Shown one piece after another: positions 1 to 11,453 of a stretch of DNA of 64,000 nt. The notes beneath the pieces are model-generated. The model had not been told where the DNA came from. It made no database searches and saw only the letters and a list, made by a program, of their open reading frames with translations. Within the stretch, counting starts at the first letter, position 1. Each line of letters opens with the position of its first letter. The position numbers and the translations under genes are program-made. The stretch is taken from contig LSRY02000032.1 of the NCBI GenBank assembly GCA_001643675.2, forward strand, positions 434,001-498,000. The letters run 5' to 3'. The DNA is from Monocercomonoides exilis PA203. Its lineage: Eukaryota; Protista; Preaxostyla.

Positions 1-1225
1 GAGAATCCATTTGGCCTTATTTGATCAATCCATTGTGACTAACCCCAACAGTCTCGTTTCATTTATTCAGTTCCAGATATGCCCCTCAAACAAATCTTTC
101 CATTCAGAAAACGATAAAATAACCTATTTTCTGCCCATTGGCCTTCAAGAACAATAAACAGCATTTCCGCAGTTACAGACTTCTGCCAAAACGTTATCTC
201 AATCTTTCAGTGGTCTCTTTGCTTTGTCAAATGGTTTGCATATGTTTCTGAAAATTTTGGGTTTTTCTGGATTTTTTGTTTGGCTCTTTCTCAGAATCAA
301 TTCTCTTGAAGCATTCCTAAATTATTGTAACATTTGGCCAATCAAAACGTGCTAAGAGAACTGTCAAATGTCTCACACAGTAAAGTTAACCGATTTAACT
401 TGCAAAATAAAGAATAACTGATATGTGCCTCGAGGTTAAATAGCTATCAATTGTAAAGGCTGTTGAAACAAAAGCAACTCCATTAATCCATTGCTTCCCA
501 GAAAATTCAAAAAAAGATCGAATGATCTTGCCCCAACATCTGCCAATGCAGGTATGCAACAGAAATAATAAAGATAGATCCATTTTTTTGTTTGCATGTA
601 TTTTGCTGAACTTCGGTACATAATCAGTAATCTGTGTGGTTTGACATTGAATTCTGTTCCGAAGAAAACAGTAATTCCTGTTTCGCAACCCCTTGTCCAA
701 TTTTCGTTCCGATAAAATCAAATTTCAGCATTGTTGGAGTAATTGTTAAAATGCTGAATCAGTGTTTGATCTATATGAAATGTTACACACCAATAAACAA
801 ATAACGCTCATTTTGTGCATGATAAAACATAAATGGCTATTCTTGAACTTAAAGACACTTGTGCAAAATATAAACGTGAAACAATACTAAAGTTCGTGTA
901 GCAATCACGTAATGATCGTTTCCCTGCAATTGCACAGCAAGATCCGATAGATTCGATATTCTCACATGAAATAGAAGTTTTCCAATGAAGTACAGAATTC
1001 TGTTTTGAATAAAAGCAATATTCAAGTTGCAGAATATATTTTTGCTGCAAAAGCAGTAAATTCATTAAATTCGACGATTGGTTTCCGTGCAATCACTACA
1101 AGAGCAAATTCGCAAGAAACAAATCTAAATTCCGCAAATTTCATGATCGAAGTCCACGCAAATACGAAGAATCCAATAGAACGCAAAAAGCAATATATCG
1201 CAATAACAAGCTCAATTGCATTCAC
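1..1225 (-). pseudogene. Possible degenerate remnant of a Cys-containing surface-protein gene
   Basis: Several short, frame-broken, coding-like minus-strand ORFs (395-721, 808-1092, 1022-1225) with a hydrophobic start. No intact reading frame, and the family assignment is only a guess. Confidence 0.2.
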
Positions 1226-1876
1226 GTTTCAATAACAACATTGAAATACTTTATTTTTGCAAAAATGCTTTTCAGTGGCAAAAATTAAAAGTGTTCTTTG
1301 ATATCTTGCTGCAAAAATATGCAACAGCAATTTATCGACAGTGCCAGGTTGCAAGCATGAGAAGAAACGACATTATTAGGATATCTTTCTCATTATCATC
1401 TTTTCTCTACTATATCCTTATGATCATTATTATAATGATTAGGTTACGAAATAAAACATAGTTTTTGGTGACAGAATGCTGTATATAAGATAATTTAAAT
1501 GAAAACATTCACAATAATTAAATTAATCCATTCCATTTGATCATACCAATATTATATTATTAGATTTATCAAATGCATTTCATTGTTTGCGTTTATTTAT
1601 GATTTGATTTTGTTTCAGCTGAATACTAACCTTGCAACAAAAAATAAATGCAGGAAAACGGCTGCAGACAGCAAAATGATAATAAAAAAAAAGCAATCAA
1701 AATAAAAAAAACTGAAATAGAAAACATTTTTTTACACCTAACTAATGAGAAAGAGAAAGAAAAAAAGAAAGAGAGAAATGAGAATCTGCTTTTTCGAAAA
1801 GCCCCAGCTGCACGCCAGACAGCAACGAAATGGCTGGGCAAAGAAGTGTGCCCAGCCCACGTGCTGCCTGTCTTCT

Positions 1877-4118
1877 TCACCATTGAAGTGTCAGAGGATT
1901 GATGGCAGCTGTGGAGCGCGCCAGGGTGTCTGGATCCCGCGGCGTGAACTCGCTCTGAAGCATCCCCAGCACAAGCTGCTCTGCCGTCCACTCGTCCTTT
2001 TTCTCTTCTTTCCCCTCTTTCCCCTCTTTCTCCTCTTTCTCCTCTGCCTTCTTGTATTTCTCGTGCGATGCTGCCAGCACTTCCCCTAGCCTCTTCAGCA
2101 CCCCCGCCACCTTCCCCGTGTCTGGCCATTTCCTTCCACATCCCGCTCCACAAGCGCCAGAAGCGCATCTGCAAGCAAAACAACAGACAAAAATAACAAT
2201 GCAAAAGGGCAAAGAACAACAACAACAACAACAATAATAATAATAAAGAATACACATTGAAGAGAAAATTGAAAAGTGAAAAGAGAAGTGCCATCCATCA
2301 TCCCCTCCTTTCCACAAACCTTTCCCTGTTTCCTTCATGTCCCGCCGCGGAAGCCCCCCGCCTCCCAGGCACCCACTCGGGCACGCATGCACCTCGCACA
2401 CCAGCGACCCAAACAGCTCGTACTCTCCGCTCTCTCCCACTGTCTTCCCCGCCTCCATGTTCCGCTGGTACGTCTTCATCTTCTGCAGAAGCGTCTGCAT
2501 CACCCGGAACCCCAGAACTGCTGTGAACCCAGCCGTCTCAGCACTTTCTCCTTTTTCTTCTCCTTTTTCTTCTCCTTTTTCTTCTGCCTTTGCTTCTGTC
2601 TCTGTCTTTGCCTCTGGCGCACTCACAATCTCCACAGCATTTGTTGTCGTCCGCTTCGTCAGCCAGCTCGCCGGCCTCACCACAGCCCCGCTCGCCTCCA
2701 GCAGCGAACGTGCTCCTGCCGAAGGTGCAGAAGAGGATGCAGAAGAGGATCCACAAGAAGAAGGGCTTTCCGTTTCGGCCTCTCGGCCTGCCCGCCTTCT
2801 CTGCTTCTCCCTCACATACCGCCACAGCCACTCCGAATACCCGCCCGACGTCGACGCGATCCCCGGAAACACCGCCTCTGCCGACGTCACCGCTGAAAAG
2901 CCCGCACTCTGCTGACAGTGGCACACACGGCGCAATCCCCTGGCTGTCCAGCGACAGCTCCTTCTGCTTCGCCTCCATCACCTGCAGCAGCTCTGTCAGC
3001 GCAAGCACACAGTCAACAGGTGCAACTGTTAACAAACACACATAAACAAGATATTTATTGAACCACACAATCAGAACAAAAAAGAAAAAGGTTATGCATC
3101 CCGCAACAAAAACACAGCACACCATCGCCCCATTCGATCGGCAGGTCTTTCTTCCACCGCAGCGCCTCGATCTTCCGGTCGAAGCACGGCGCTATCGCCA
3201 CGTGGTACATCTGCCCTGCCCCGAGCCCTGCGCTTGCCCCAAACACCCGCTTCACCAGCACCCCCTGCGTGTGCTGCACCGACGGCGCCCGCAGCAGGTG
3301 CCCCAGCAGCGCTGGCTGCACCTTCTCCATGTAGCACACAAACCCTGGGCACACCCCCGTCAGCAGCGGCACCTGCTCTGCCAGCTCCCGCTCCCGCGTC
3401 CGCCCCCCTGCCCCGAGCAGCGCCCCGATCCGCCGCTCCACCTCCTCCCCCGTCGCCACCAGCGACACCTCCTGCGCCAGCGCACAGTCAAACACATACT
3501 CAAACCCCAGCCGCTCCTTCAGAAACCCGCACAGCCGCAGATACCCCTGCCCCGCCGCCAATCAAACAGACAAACAAACAAAACAAGAAAAATTGAAAGG
3601 ATGAAAAAAAGGGAGGGCACAACGGGCTTTCGCAAATACCTCTGTCAGGCTCACTCCTTGCTGCGCTGCATACGCCACCGCTGCCTGCGGCTCAATAGAC
3701 GCCACAAACACCTTCCGCTCTGCCCCCGCCTCCTTCGCCGCCCGGCTCTTCGCCATCGCCGAGAAAAGGTCCTCGATGCTCTGCTGCGAAATCAGCACCG
3801 ACTCTGCCGACGTCACACACCCACTGCCCCATTCCCCAGCAAAGCACAAAAAACATGAAAAAAACACCCAATCAACTCAGCCCACGGAAAAGACCCAGCA
3901 CTGCCACACCTGCACGCCAGACAGTCGTTCAGCGATATCTTCACCGCTTTCTGTGCAGCAAACACAAAAACACAAAAACACAAACCACGGCGGCCACTGC
4001 CCCCCGGAAAATAACCACAGCTGCCACACACCTCCGTCTCCACGTTTGCCACACACGCCTGGCTCGGCGCCAGATAGTCGTTCACCGCTGCCGCAGACAG
4101 AGAGAATTTTTGGCTCAT
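1877..4118 (-). CDS. NAR1: Cytosolic Fe-S cluster assembly factor Nar1/CIAO3 (hydrogenase-like), multi-exon
   Basis: Spliced motifs: [123 protein letters not shown], and a C-terminal Trp (LTLQW*). GT-AG introns. Two apparent frame breaks near 2900 and 2130. Confidence 0.93.
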
Positions 4119-4379
4119 CCGCACGCCCCCTTTTTTGCTATGGGTTGCCCCTCTGCCCATACTCTTTTCCACCCAACCACTTTTCCCCCTTTTTCTCGCC
4201 TTACCGGCACGCAATCGGGCGCTGCGCAATGGGGTGCTGCACCTCGGACAACTACGCAAATCCAGGGCTGCAGAGCCGAGAAACACTTTTCGACGGGCTT
4301 TCGCCTGATGTTTGTGGTGTGTTTCCTTTTCCTCTTCCTTCTGGCTTTGTTAATTAAATTTTCCACTGCATCCCCCGGC

Positions 4380-7300
4380 ATGCACCCTTCACTTTCTGTT
4401 GCTGCGGCAGAGCTAGTGTTCCTTTATATCGACGATTTGTACACTTTCAGCGCGTGCCTGCAAGTCTGCCAGAGGTGGCGGTGTGCCTTGTGCATGGGCC
4501 TTTGTGTCCACCCCCCCCAATTTCATTTTCATTTTCATTTTTCTATTTTCTCTCTTTTCTCTTCCTGGGCGGTGTGCAGGCGGAATGTGCCGCTGTATTT
4601 CCACCGGCTGAATCTTCTGTCGTGCCGCCAGGCGTACGTGACCAAGTTCTCGCGGATGCGGCCGCTGCTGCAGCGCCTGTGCAGCCTGACGGAGATCCAC
4701 GCGGTGGGGAAGTACTACGGCACAGCGGGCTCTGCGAAGGGCGTTGTGAAGAGCACAGGGAAAGGCGCAGGGAAAGGCGCAGGGAAAGGCGCAGGGAAAG
4801 GCAGAGATGGCTCGCCTTCTGCGCTTTCTCCATCCTCGTCTGCCAGCTCCGCTGTCTCGCCAGATGCGCCTGCCCCGGATGCGGTGTCGCCGTTGGCAGC
4901 AGGGTATCTGGCGAGGAGCGGGGCAGAGGGGGCGTCTTACACGCCTGGCGGGCATGCGATGCTGTCGCTGGAGCTGGTGGGGTTCCTGCTGTCGCGGCAG
5001 TGTGCGAGGAGCGTCACGGCGCTGTCGCTGATCTGCTTTCCGCAGCTGCGGGACAGCGACGTGGCGCGGTTTGTGCCGCGGGTGGCGGGGGCGCTGCAGT
5101 CGCTGGATGTGTCGTACTGCACAGGGCTGACAGACGCGGCAGTGGAGCTTGTGGTGGGGCGCTGCACACAGCTGCGGGAGCTGCACCTGGCATACTGCAC
5201 AGGGATCAGCGAGCGCGGGGTGGCGTATGTGCTGGAGGAAGGGGAGACGGCGCGGCTGATGGGCGAGGCGGAGGCAGCTGCAAAGGCCGCCACAAAGGCA
5301 GGAAAGAATACAGGAAAGAATACAGGAAAGAATACAGGAAAGAATACAGGAAAGAAGGCTGATGGGGGAGACACAGCACAGCAGAGGAGAAAGCAGGCCA
5401 GGCGGCGGCTGACATCGATCGACATCCGCGGGCTGCCGCAGAACGAGCGTGTGCTGCTGCGAATGGTGCGGCAGCCGCCTTCTTTTGATGCTGCACTCGA
5501 AATGCGTTCCTCCACCTCTTCCTTTTCCTCTTCTTCTTCTTCTGTATCTATTGGCACTTCATCATCATCACCATCCTCCACCTCCTCCTCTCCGCTGGAC
5601 CTGCTGCCATCGGGTGCGCCAACATCAACCACGCCGAGCCTGCAGTTTGTGCCGCTCCTCTCCTTCTCGACGCACTCGCCGCTGGCCACGTCGCTTGCGC
5701 TGAGCGCAGTGTGTGCGTCGGCACCGCACCTGCGGTCGCTGAATGTGGCTGGGTGCCCACTGCTGGACCAGCATGCGCTCACGGTGATTGTGGCGTCGTG
5801 CCCCAACCTGCGCATCCTGGATCTGTCGTACTGCTCGGCGCTCACCCACCCCTCCTTCCTCATCGATGCACTCAACAAGCGCACATCACTTGCATCCACT
5901 TCACATACATCTGTGTCTGTGCCATTCATCCCAGCGCTGCCAAAGCTGCGGAAGCTGCGGCTGGACGGAGACGACAGGCTGGTGAACGACGTGGCGGTGC
6001 GGCACGTGTGCCGGCACTGCCCTGCGCTGTGCTTCCTGTCGCTGGCGAAGTGCTCGTCGGGGGTGTCGGACATCGCGCTGGTGGAGATTGGGCTGCGGCT
6101 GAAGCACCTGGTGGTGCTGGACCTGTCGGAGTGCGGGCGGATCAGCGATGTGGGGCTGCTGTCGCTGGGGGGCCTGCGGATGGCGCCGGCGGAGGTGGCG
6201 GCGCGGGGGCGTGTGCAGCGGGAGCGGGAGCGGGAGGAAAGGGAGGAGCGGAGGAGGCAGCGGAGGGCACACCGCGAGCGGCGGAGGGTGCGGAGGGAGA
6301 TGGGCGAGGCAGTCAGCGAGAGCGACGATGAAACAGACGAGGAGGAAGAGGAGGATGAAAAAGAGGAAAAAGAGGAAAAAAGTGAAAAACACAACAATGA
6401 GCATGTTGAATGCATTGTGGAAAAAGAAATGAAAAAAGAAAAAGAAAAAGAAAAAGAAAAAGAAAGTGAAATGCAAAAACAACAGAACAGCGAAGAAGAT
6501 GATGAAAACGCAGTGATGGAATCCATCTATTCATCATCATCATCATCTTCTTCTTCTTCTTCATTGCCAGATGAGCTCGATCTCACAGAAGTGTTCACTC
6601 CGATTGATGGGCAAGTGCCAACATCATCCTCATCATCATCATCAACGACTGATGCATCAGCCTCTGCCCAGCCGCATGGGTCGTGTCTGTGTGCGCTGTT
6701 TCTGGACCGCTCGTCGGCTTCGATCAGCGACCGGGGGCTGCTGGGCGTGGTGGCAGCGTGCCCGTGCCTGTTCCACCTGACGTTCTCGTTCCTGCCGCAG
6801 ATCAGCCAGCGCTGTGCGCAGCAGCTGCACGTGGCCACCGCAGCGCGTGCGCAGCCCTTCTTTGCGCTGCTTGCAGTGTGCCTGCGCCGCACCCGCGTGC
6901 CCTTCAGCTGCTTTGCGCTGGCCGAGAAGAGCGGGCTGCTCGACGAGCTGGTGTTCTTCGGCGAGGCGAAGAAGGCAAACGCGGCAGGCGAGCGGGAGAG
7001 GCGCGAGGAGATGGAGCGCGAGACGCGGCTGAGCCGGCAGCGCAGAGAAGATGAGCTGGCCGAGCGTGCCCAGCGGGCAGAGCGGGAGCATGCGCTGCGG
7101 CGCATGCTGGAGCAGAACAGCGCGCTCAAGCAGCTGGAAGAGGAAGGCCGGGCAAGACAGGCAGAGCAAAAGCAACAAGAAGACGGGAAAGGGAGGAGAG
7201 CGAACGAGGGAAATGCTGAAGAGGAGACAGGCAGCGCTGCATCTTCCGAGCCATGCGAGGCAGAGCACAGCGACACGAATCTTCTGAGCGGAGAAAATGG

Positions 7301-7873
7301 AAATGAAGATGATAAAGATGATGATGAATGGAAGAGCAACGATGTGAACCTGTTCCAGAAGAGGCACCCGGAGATAGCGCCTGAGCTGGCGTTCCAGTTC
7401 ATGATGCTGATGCGGAAGGAGAAGGAGTACCGGGAGCGGGAGGACGTGCAGCGGAGGGCAGCGGTGGAGGCGGTGCTGCGGCAGATCGAGCGGGAGGACC
7501 GCAGCGAGTGGCGGCAGCGGCTGGCACAGATCGGCCTGAGGCACACGAAGCAAACAGATACACCAGACAGAAAAAGAGGAAGGGGGAGAGGGAGATGGAA
7601 CAGATGAAGAGAGAGAATTCAACCCACAACACACAGCCCGAAGAGAGAGGAGAGAATGAAAGTGGCAGTGGGAGCGAAGAGCAGGAGGAGAAGGCGCAGG
7701 AGGAGACAGCGTATCTGCAGGCAGCGCTGGCGTCGTTCACAGACATCGATGCAGACGGCATCGGGAACTTCTTCGAGACGCGGCCGTGGCTCCGCAGCAG
7801 CACCCACGCCATGAAGGGCATCCCCTACCACTTCGACGCCTGTGTGTTTGGCGAGGTGTTTGAGCGCACCTGA
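4380..7873 (+). CDS. F-box/leucine-rich repeat (FBXL-type) protein with acidic and charged inserts
   Basis: N-terminal F-box-like segment (ELVFLYIDDLYTFSACLQVCQRW) and an intron at about 4474-4579. Cys-containing LRRs (LQSLDVSYCTGLTD, LRELHLAYCTGISE, LRILDLSYCSALT, LVVLDLSECGRISD). The main frame stops at 7607, but coding-like sequence continues in another frame to 7873. Confidence 0.85.
4756..4802 (+). repeat. Coding 12-bp tandem repeat (CAGGGAAAGGCG), about 4 copies, encoding GKGA repeats
   Basis: Read directly from the sequence. Confidence 0.85.
5299..5356 (+). repeat. Coding 12-bp tandem repeat (CAGGAAAGAATA), about 5 copies, encoding GKNT repeats
   Basis: Read directly from the sequence. 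Confidence 0.85.
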
Positions 7874-8287
7874 GCACAGGATGAGAACGAAAAGAACGAA
7901 AATAAAATGAAGAATGAATGACGAGGCTTTCTTCAGGGCAAACCCAATTCCCACCATTCCACTTCATCAAACTGGGCAATGTGTGCTTTGGGAGGTGAAT
8001 GCCCAGTGCAGCTGCTGTTCGACCATCCAACACCCACTTCACATCCTGTTTGTGCATTCTGTTCAGTTTTCTTCTTTTTTTTCATCATTTGTCTTTTCCA
8101 TATCACTTCATTTCACTTCACCTCACTTCACTTCAGTTCATTTCAGTCAGTTCATTTCAGTTTGAATACAATTGCACTTTTGCGTTTCTTTCCTGCCTTT
8201 GCTTTTTTCAAGCTCCTTTTCCAGCATCATCACATTCGCATGTCCATGTGCCCCTTTCACCAAGAAAGACATCTTGAAGAGCACAGT

Positions 8288-10175
8288 TCAGCCGAAGGTG
8301 CCCAGATGGCGAACAGCACCGATCCTCAGCGGGATGTTGAGCACAGGGCGGATCGGGTGCTTGTTCTGCCTCGCAAACTGCCGCGGCTGCACAATCTTGT
8401 CGAACGGCGCCATGAACCGCACAAGGAGCGGCGTCCGCTTGAACAGCCTCTGCACCCGCACCGCCATCCCCTCCCGCACCTCCTCTCTCTTTTCTCCCCT
8501 GCACCCCTCGCCCCACCGCTGCACATGCTGCGGTGAGCCATGGTGTGCTCCGCGCTTTTGCGCTTTCCATTCAGCGAGCAAGCGGAAGTGCACACAAAAC
8601 GATGTGATGGCCGGCTCCTCATCCTCTGCTGCCTTCCCATCGCCTTCATCCAGCGGTGCACTGGCAGAAGGACAGCCACCCTTGCACGGTATGAACGCCT
8701 CGCATGCCAATGAAAATTCAGGACAGCCCTTCTCATCAGACAGAAGTGACACAGAGGGTGCATCGAGCAGCACCTTCTGCCCACTCTCCACTGATGAATG
8801 GATGCTTGTTGGCATCCTCATTTGCCTTTCTGGATGAGCCGAAACAGATGGCTCAAAAGAGCAAGCGCTGTCTTTCACCAATGGCAGATTTGCCATTTTG
8901 GATATAACTGGCGCTGCACAATGCCCACTCCCCATCTCACTTCCCTCTCTGCTGCTTGCACCGTCCATCCCGCTCCCATAAAGCGCCTCTGCACTTGTCG
9001 AGAACACCCACCCCGATGGCTGCTTCTCTCTCCTCCCCTCTTTCCTGTGCTTCCGCATATTTCTCCGCTCCGCCACCTCCATCCACAGCGCCATCTTCGT
9101 CTCTCCATCCAGCCCAAGCGCATCTCCCTTTGCCAGACACTCCTTCAGGTCTTCCATGCTCCACTCCTCCTTCCCATCTTCTTTCCCATCTTCTTCCTCT
9201 TTCCACACCCGCCTCGCCTTCTCCAGCAGCTCACTGCGGAACCACCGGCCATCCTGTCTGCTCCCTGCTGGCACCCATCCCCGAATGTTGCTGACCAAGA
9301 GCGCATCCAGTGAATGTGCAGACTCATTCTCATCGTCATCTTTGTTGTCGTTTTCTTTTGCATCCTGGCCTGCTGGTTGATGCCCTGCCTGCCTCCCACC
9401 CAGCCCAACTCTCAGCTCAGCTGCCAGTTCTGCCTCGCGAACTGCAAACGACAGCTTCTTTTCCACCTTCACCTCTTCTGCTACAACACACCCCACAGCA
9501 TTCTTTTCCAGCTGACCATCCGTTTTCGAAACAGGATGTGCCTCTTTTGCTTCCTGCTGCTCATTGCCCTGTTTCACAGATTGCTCTGATGCTTCCACAA
9601 AAAGTGGATCCTTCGAGAGTGAATGTGCTGGCAGCTCAGGGTGATTCTCAAAAACAGAAGAATCATGCAAAAAGGACTGAGCATTTTGTTTATCCATAAA
9701 CGACGCCTGCACTTCTTTCTGCATCGAATTCTGCTTCCACAGCGAGTTCAGCTCCCTCGAACGAATCACAAACGGATGCGATGAGCCTTCGCAGCTTCTC
9801 AGGCACAGCCCCGAAAGGGGCACAGAACACGCATCCATACCCATTGATTCGGAATATACATCATAATCTCCTATACTCCTTGTGTCCACACTCCCAGAAG
9901 ACGAAGACAGAAAAAACGATGAAGCGCCTCTTCCACATCTTCCAAATGCCTCTCTCTCATATCCTCCTTGTCCAAAATGCAATGTTCCATCTGTTCCATC
10001 GTCCTTGAATTTTGTAATCATTTACCCCAACATTGACAGAAAACAAAGAGAAGAATGAAGGAATAAAGCAAACCATTGCTTGGCTCAGCGGGAGTGCTGT
10101 CTCGCTATCCAAACATGCAGAGCACTCACCCTGCAATTCTTTTGCGGATGAAGTGATGTATAAAGGCTGGCTCAT
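8288..10175 (-). CDS. Hypothetical protein (at least 2 exons; 3' end uncertain)
   Basis: Short first exon MSQPLYITSS...SQAM, a GT-AG intron, then a 577-codon ORF with coding-like composition. No recognisable domain. Confidence 0.6.
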
Positions 10176-10501
10176 CCGCTCAGCCAGGCAAACAAAAAAA
10201 CAAAAAAGAGATGGAAGTGAGGTTGGGTGGCTCTTGATCATTCCAATTTGAAAAAAAAAAAAAAAAATTAAATCATGAAAAATGAAAATAAAAATATTCG
10301 CAAAGCTATATCACAACAAACAGAAAGTCCCAACGGGAACAACCATGTGCAATTGAACTCAAAATGGCAAACACTTCAACAAAAACGAAATTAAATACCG
10401 AGATTTACATTCATTATGCTTTTTCTCTTTCTCTGCTCCCCGCCTGAATGTACAAAAGATGCTCACGAATTCCAATTATTTCACTGCAAAAAAACGCCTG
10501 T

Positions 10502-11408
10502 TCAAGTGCCTTCTTTTGCTTCTGGTTTTGACTCTCCAGGCAACGAGTGGCGATGATGATGCTGTTGCTGATGATGATATTGATTCTGATGTTGGTGCTG
10601 ATGGCTGGCGGACGAGGAGTGCTTTTCGGAGTGATGATGGGTTGTATGTGAAGAATGATTGCGATGTCGTTGATGTTGTTGTTGATGTTGTTGATGATGA
10701 TGTTGATGGTGATGAGAGCGAGAGTGTTTGTGAGGGTGCACAGGAGAGGAAGAGGGATTCGGCTGCTCAGAAGAAGCAGATGGCTGAAGAGGCACAGCTG
10801 GAGAAAGGTTGTTCTTCTGCTCTGGCAAACACACATCCTTCGGCGCGAGTGCAGACATGGCTGCAGGCGACACCACATTCGCTGCAGCAGAAGGTGAAGA
10901 GGCTGAAGAGGCTGAAGAGAAGGGGTGCGAAGGAAAGAATGGCGATGCTGAGGCAGAGACCCCAGAGAACAGCATCCTGTGCCGAGGGAAAAGCAGAGAG
11001 CGCGGCTGGGCGCGGGAGGCCTTTGCTGCTGCTGGCTTTGCGGGGGTGACTGGCTGCACAGACGACGAAGACGAGATCGAGCCATACGGATCAGACAACG
11101 TTGGTATCTCAATCGCTGTCTTATTCGTGTCTGTCTCCTCTGACTCGCTGGCTGCAGGAATCTCGTTCTCCCAGTTTTGTTTCTGTGCACTTCTGTCGCT
11201 CTCAGCCATCTCTTTCACAAACAATGCATTTGGAGTGCTTTGTGCATCTCCCTTCATCTTCGCCTTCATCTTCGTCTTTGCATTCTTCTTCCCATCTGGC
11301 CGTGCAAACACCGAAAGGAGCGAAGAGAGGAACGAAAACGCCTTCGGCAGCTTTGATGCTGCTGCCTCTCCATTTGCTTGCCAATGCGAATCATCTTCCT
11401 TCTTTTGT

Positions 11409-11453
<45 letters not shown>

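Noticed and set aside
1877-4118. [FeFe]-hydrogenase
   Set aside because: The H-cluster motifs are Nar1-type (GVCPG instead of TSCCP, APCFDRK instead of MPCxxK). It also has the N-terminal [12 protein letters not shown] and a C-terminal Trp.
4413-7634. Long antisense and alternative-frame ORFs over the F-box gene (also 17111-18917, 19522-20727, 25009-26944, 48981-50645)
   Set aside because: These are shadow ORFs expected from GC3-rich, low-complexity coding sequence, and they show no independent domain signal.
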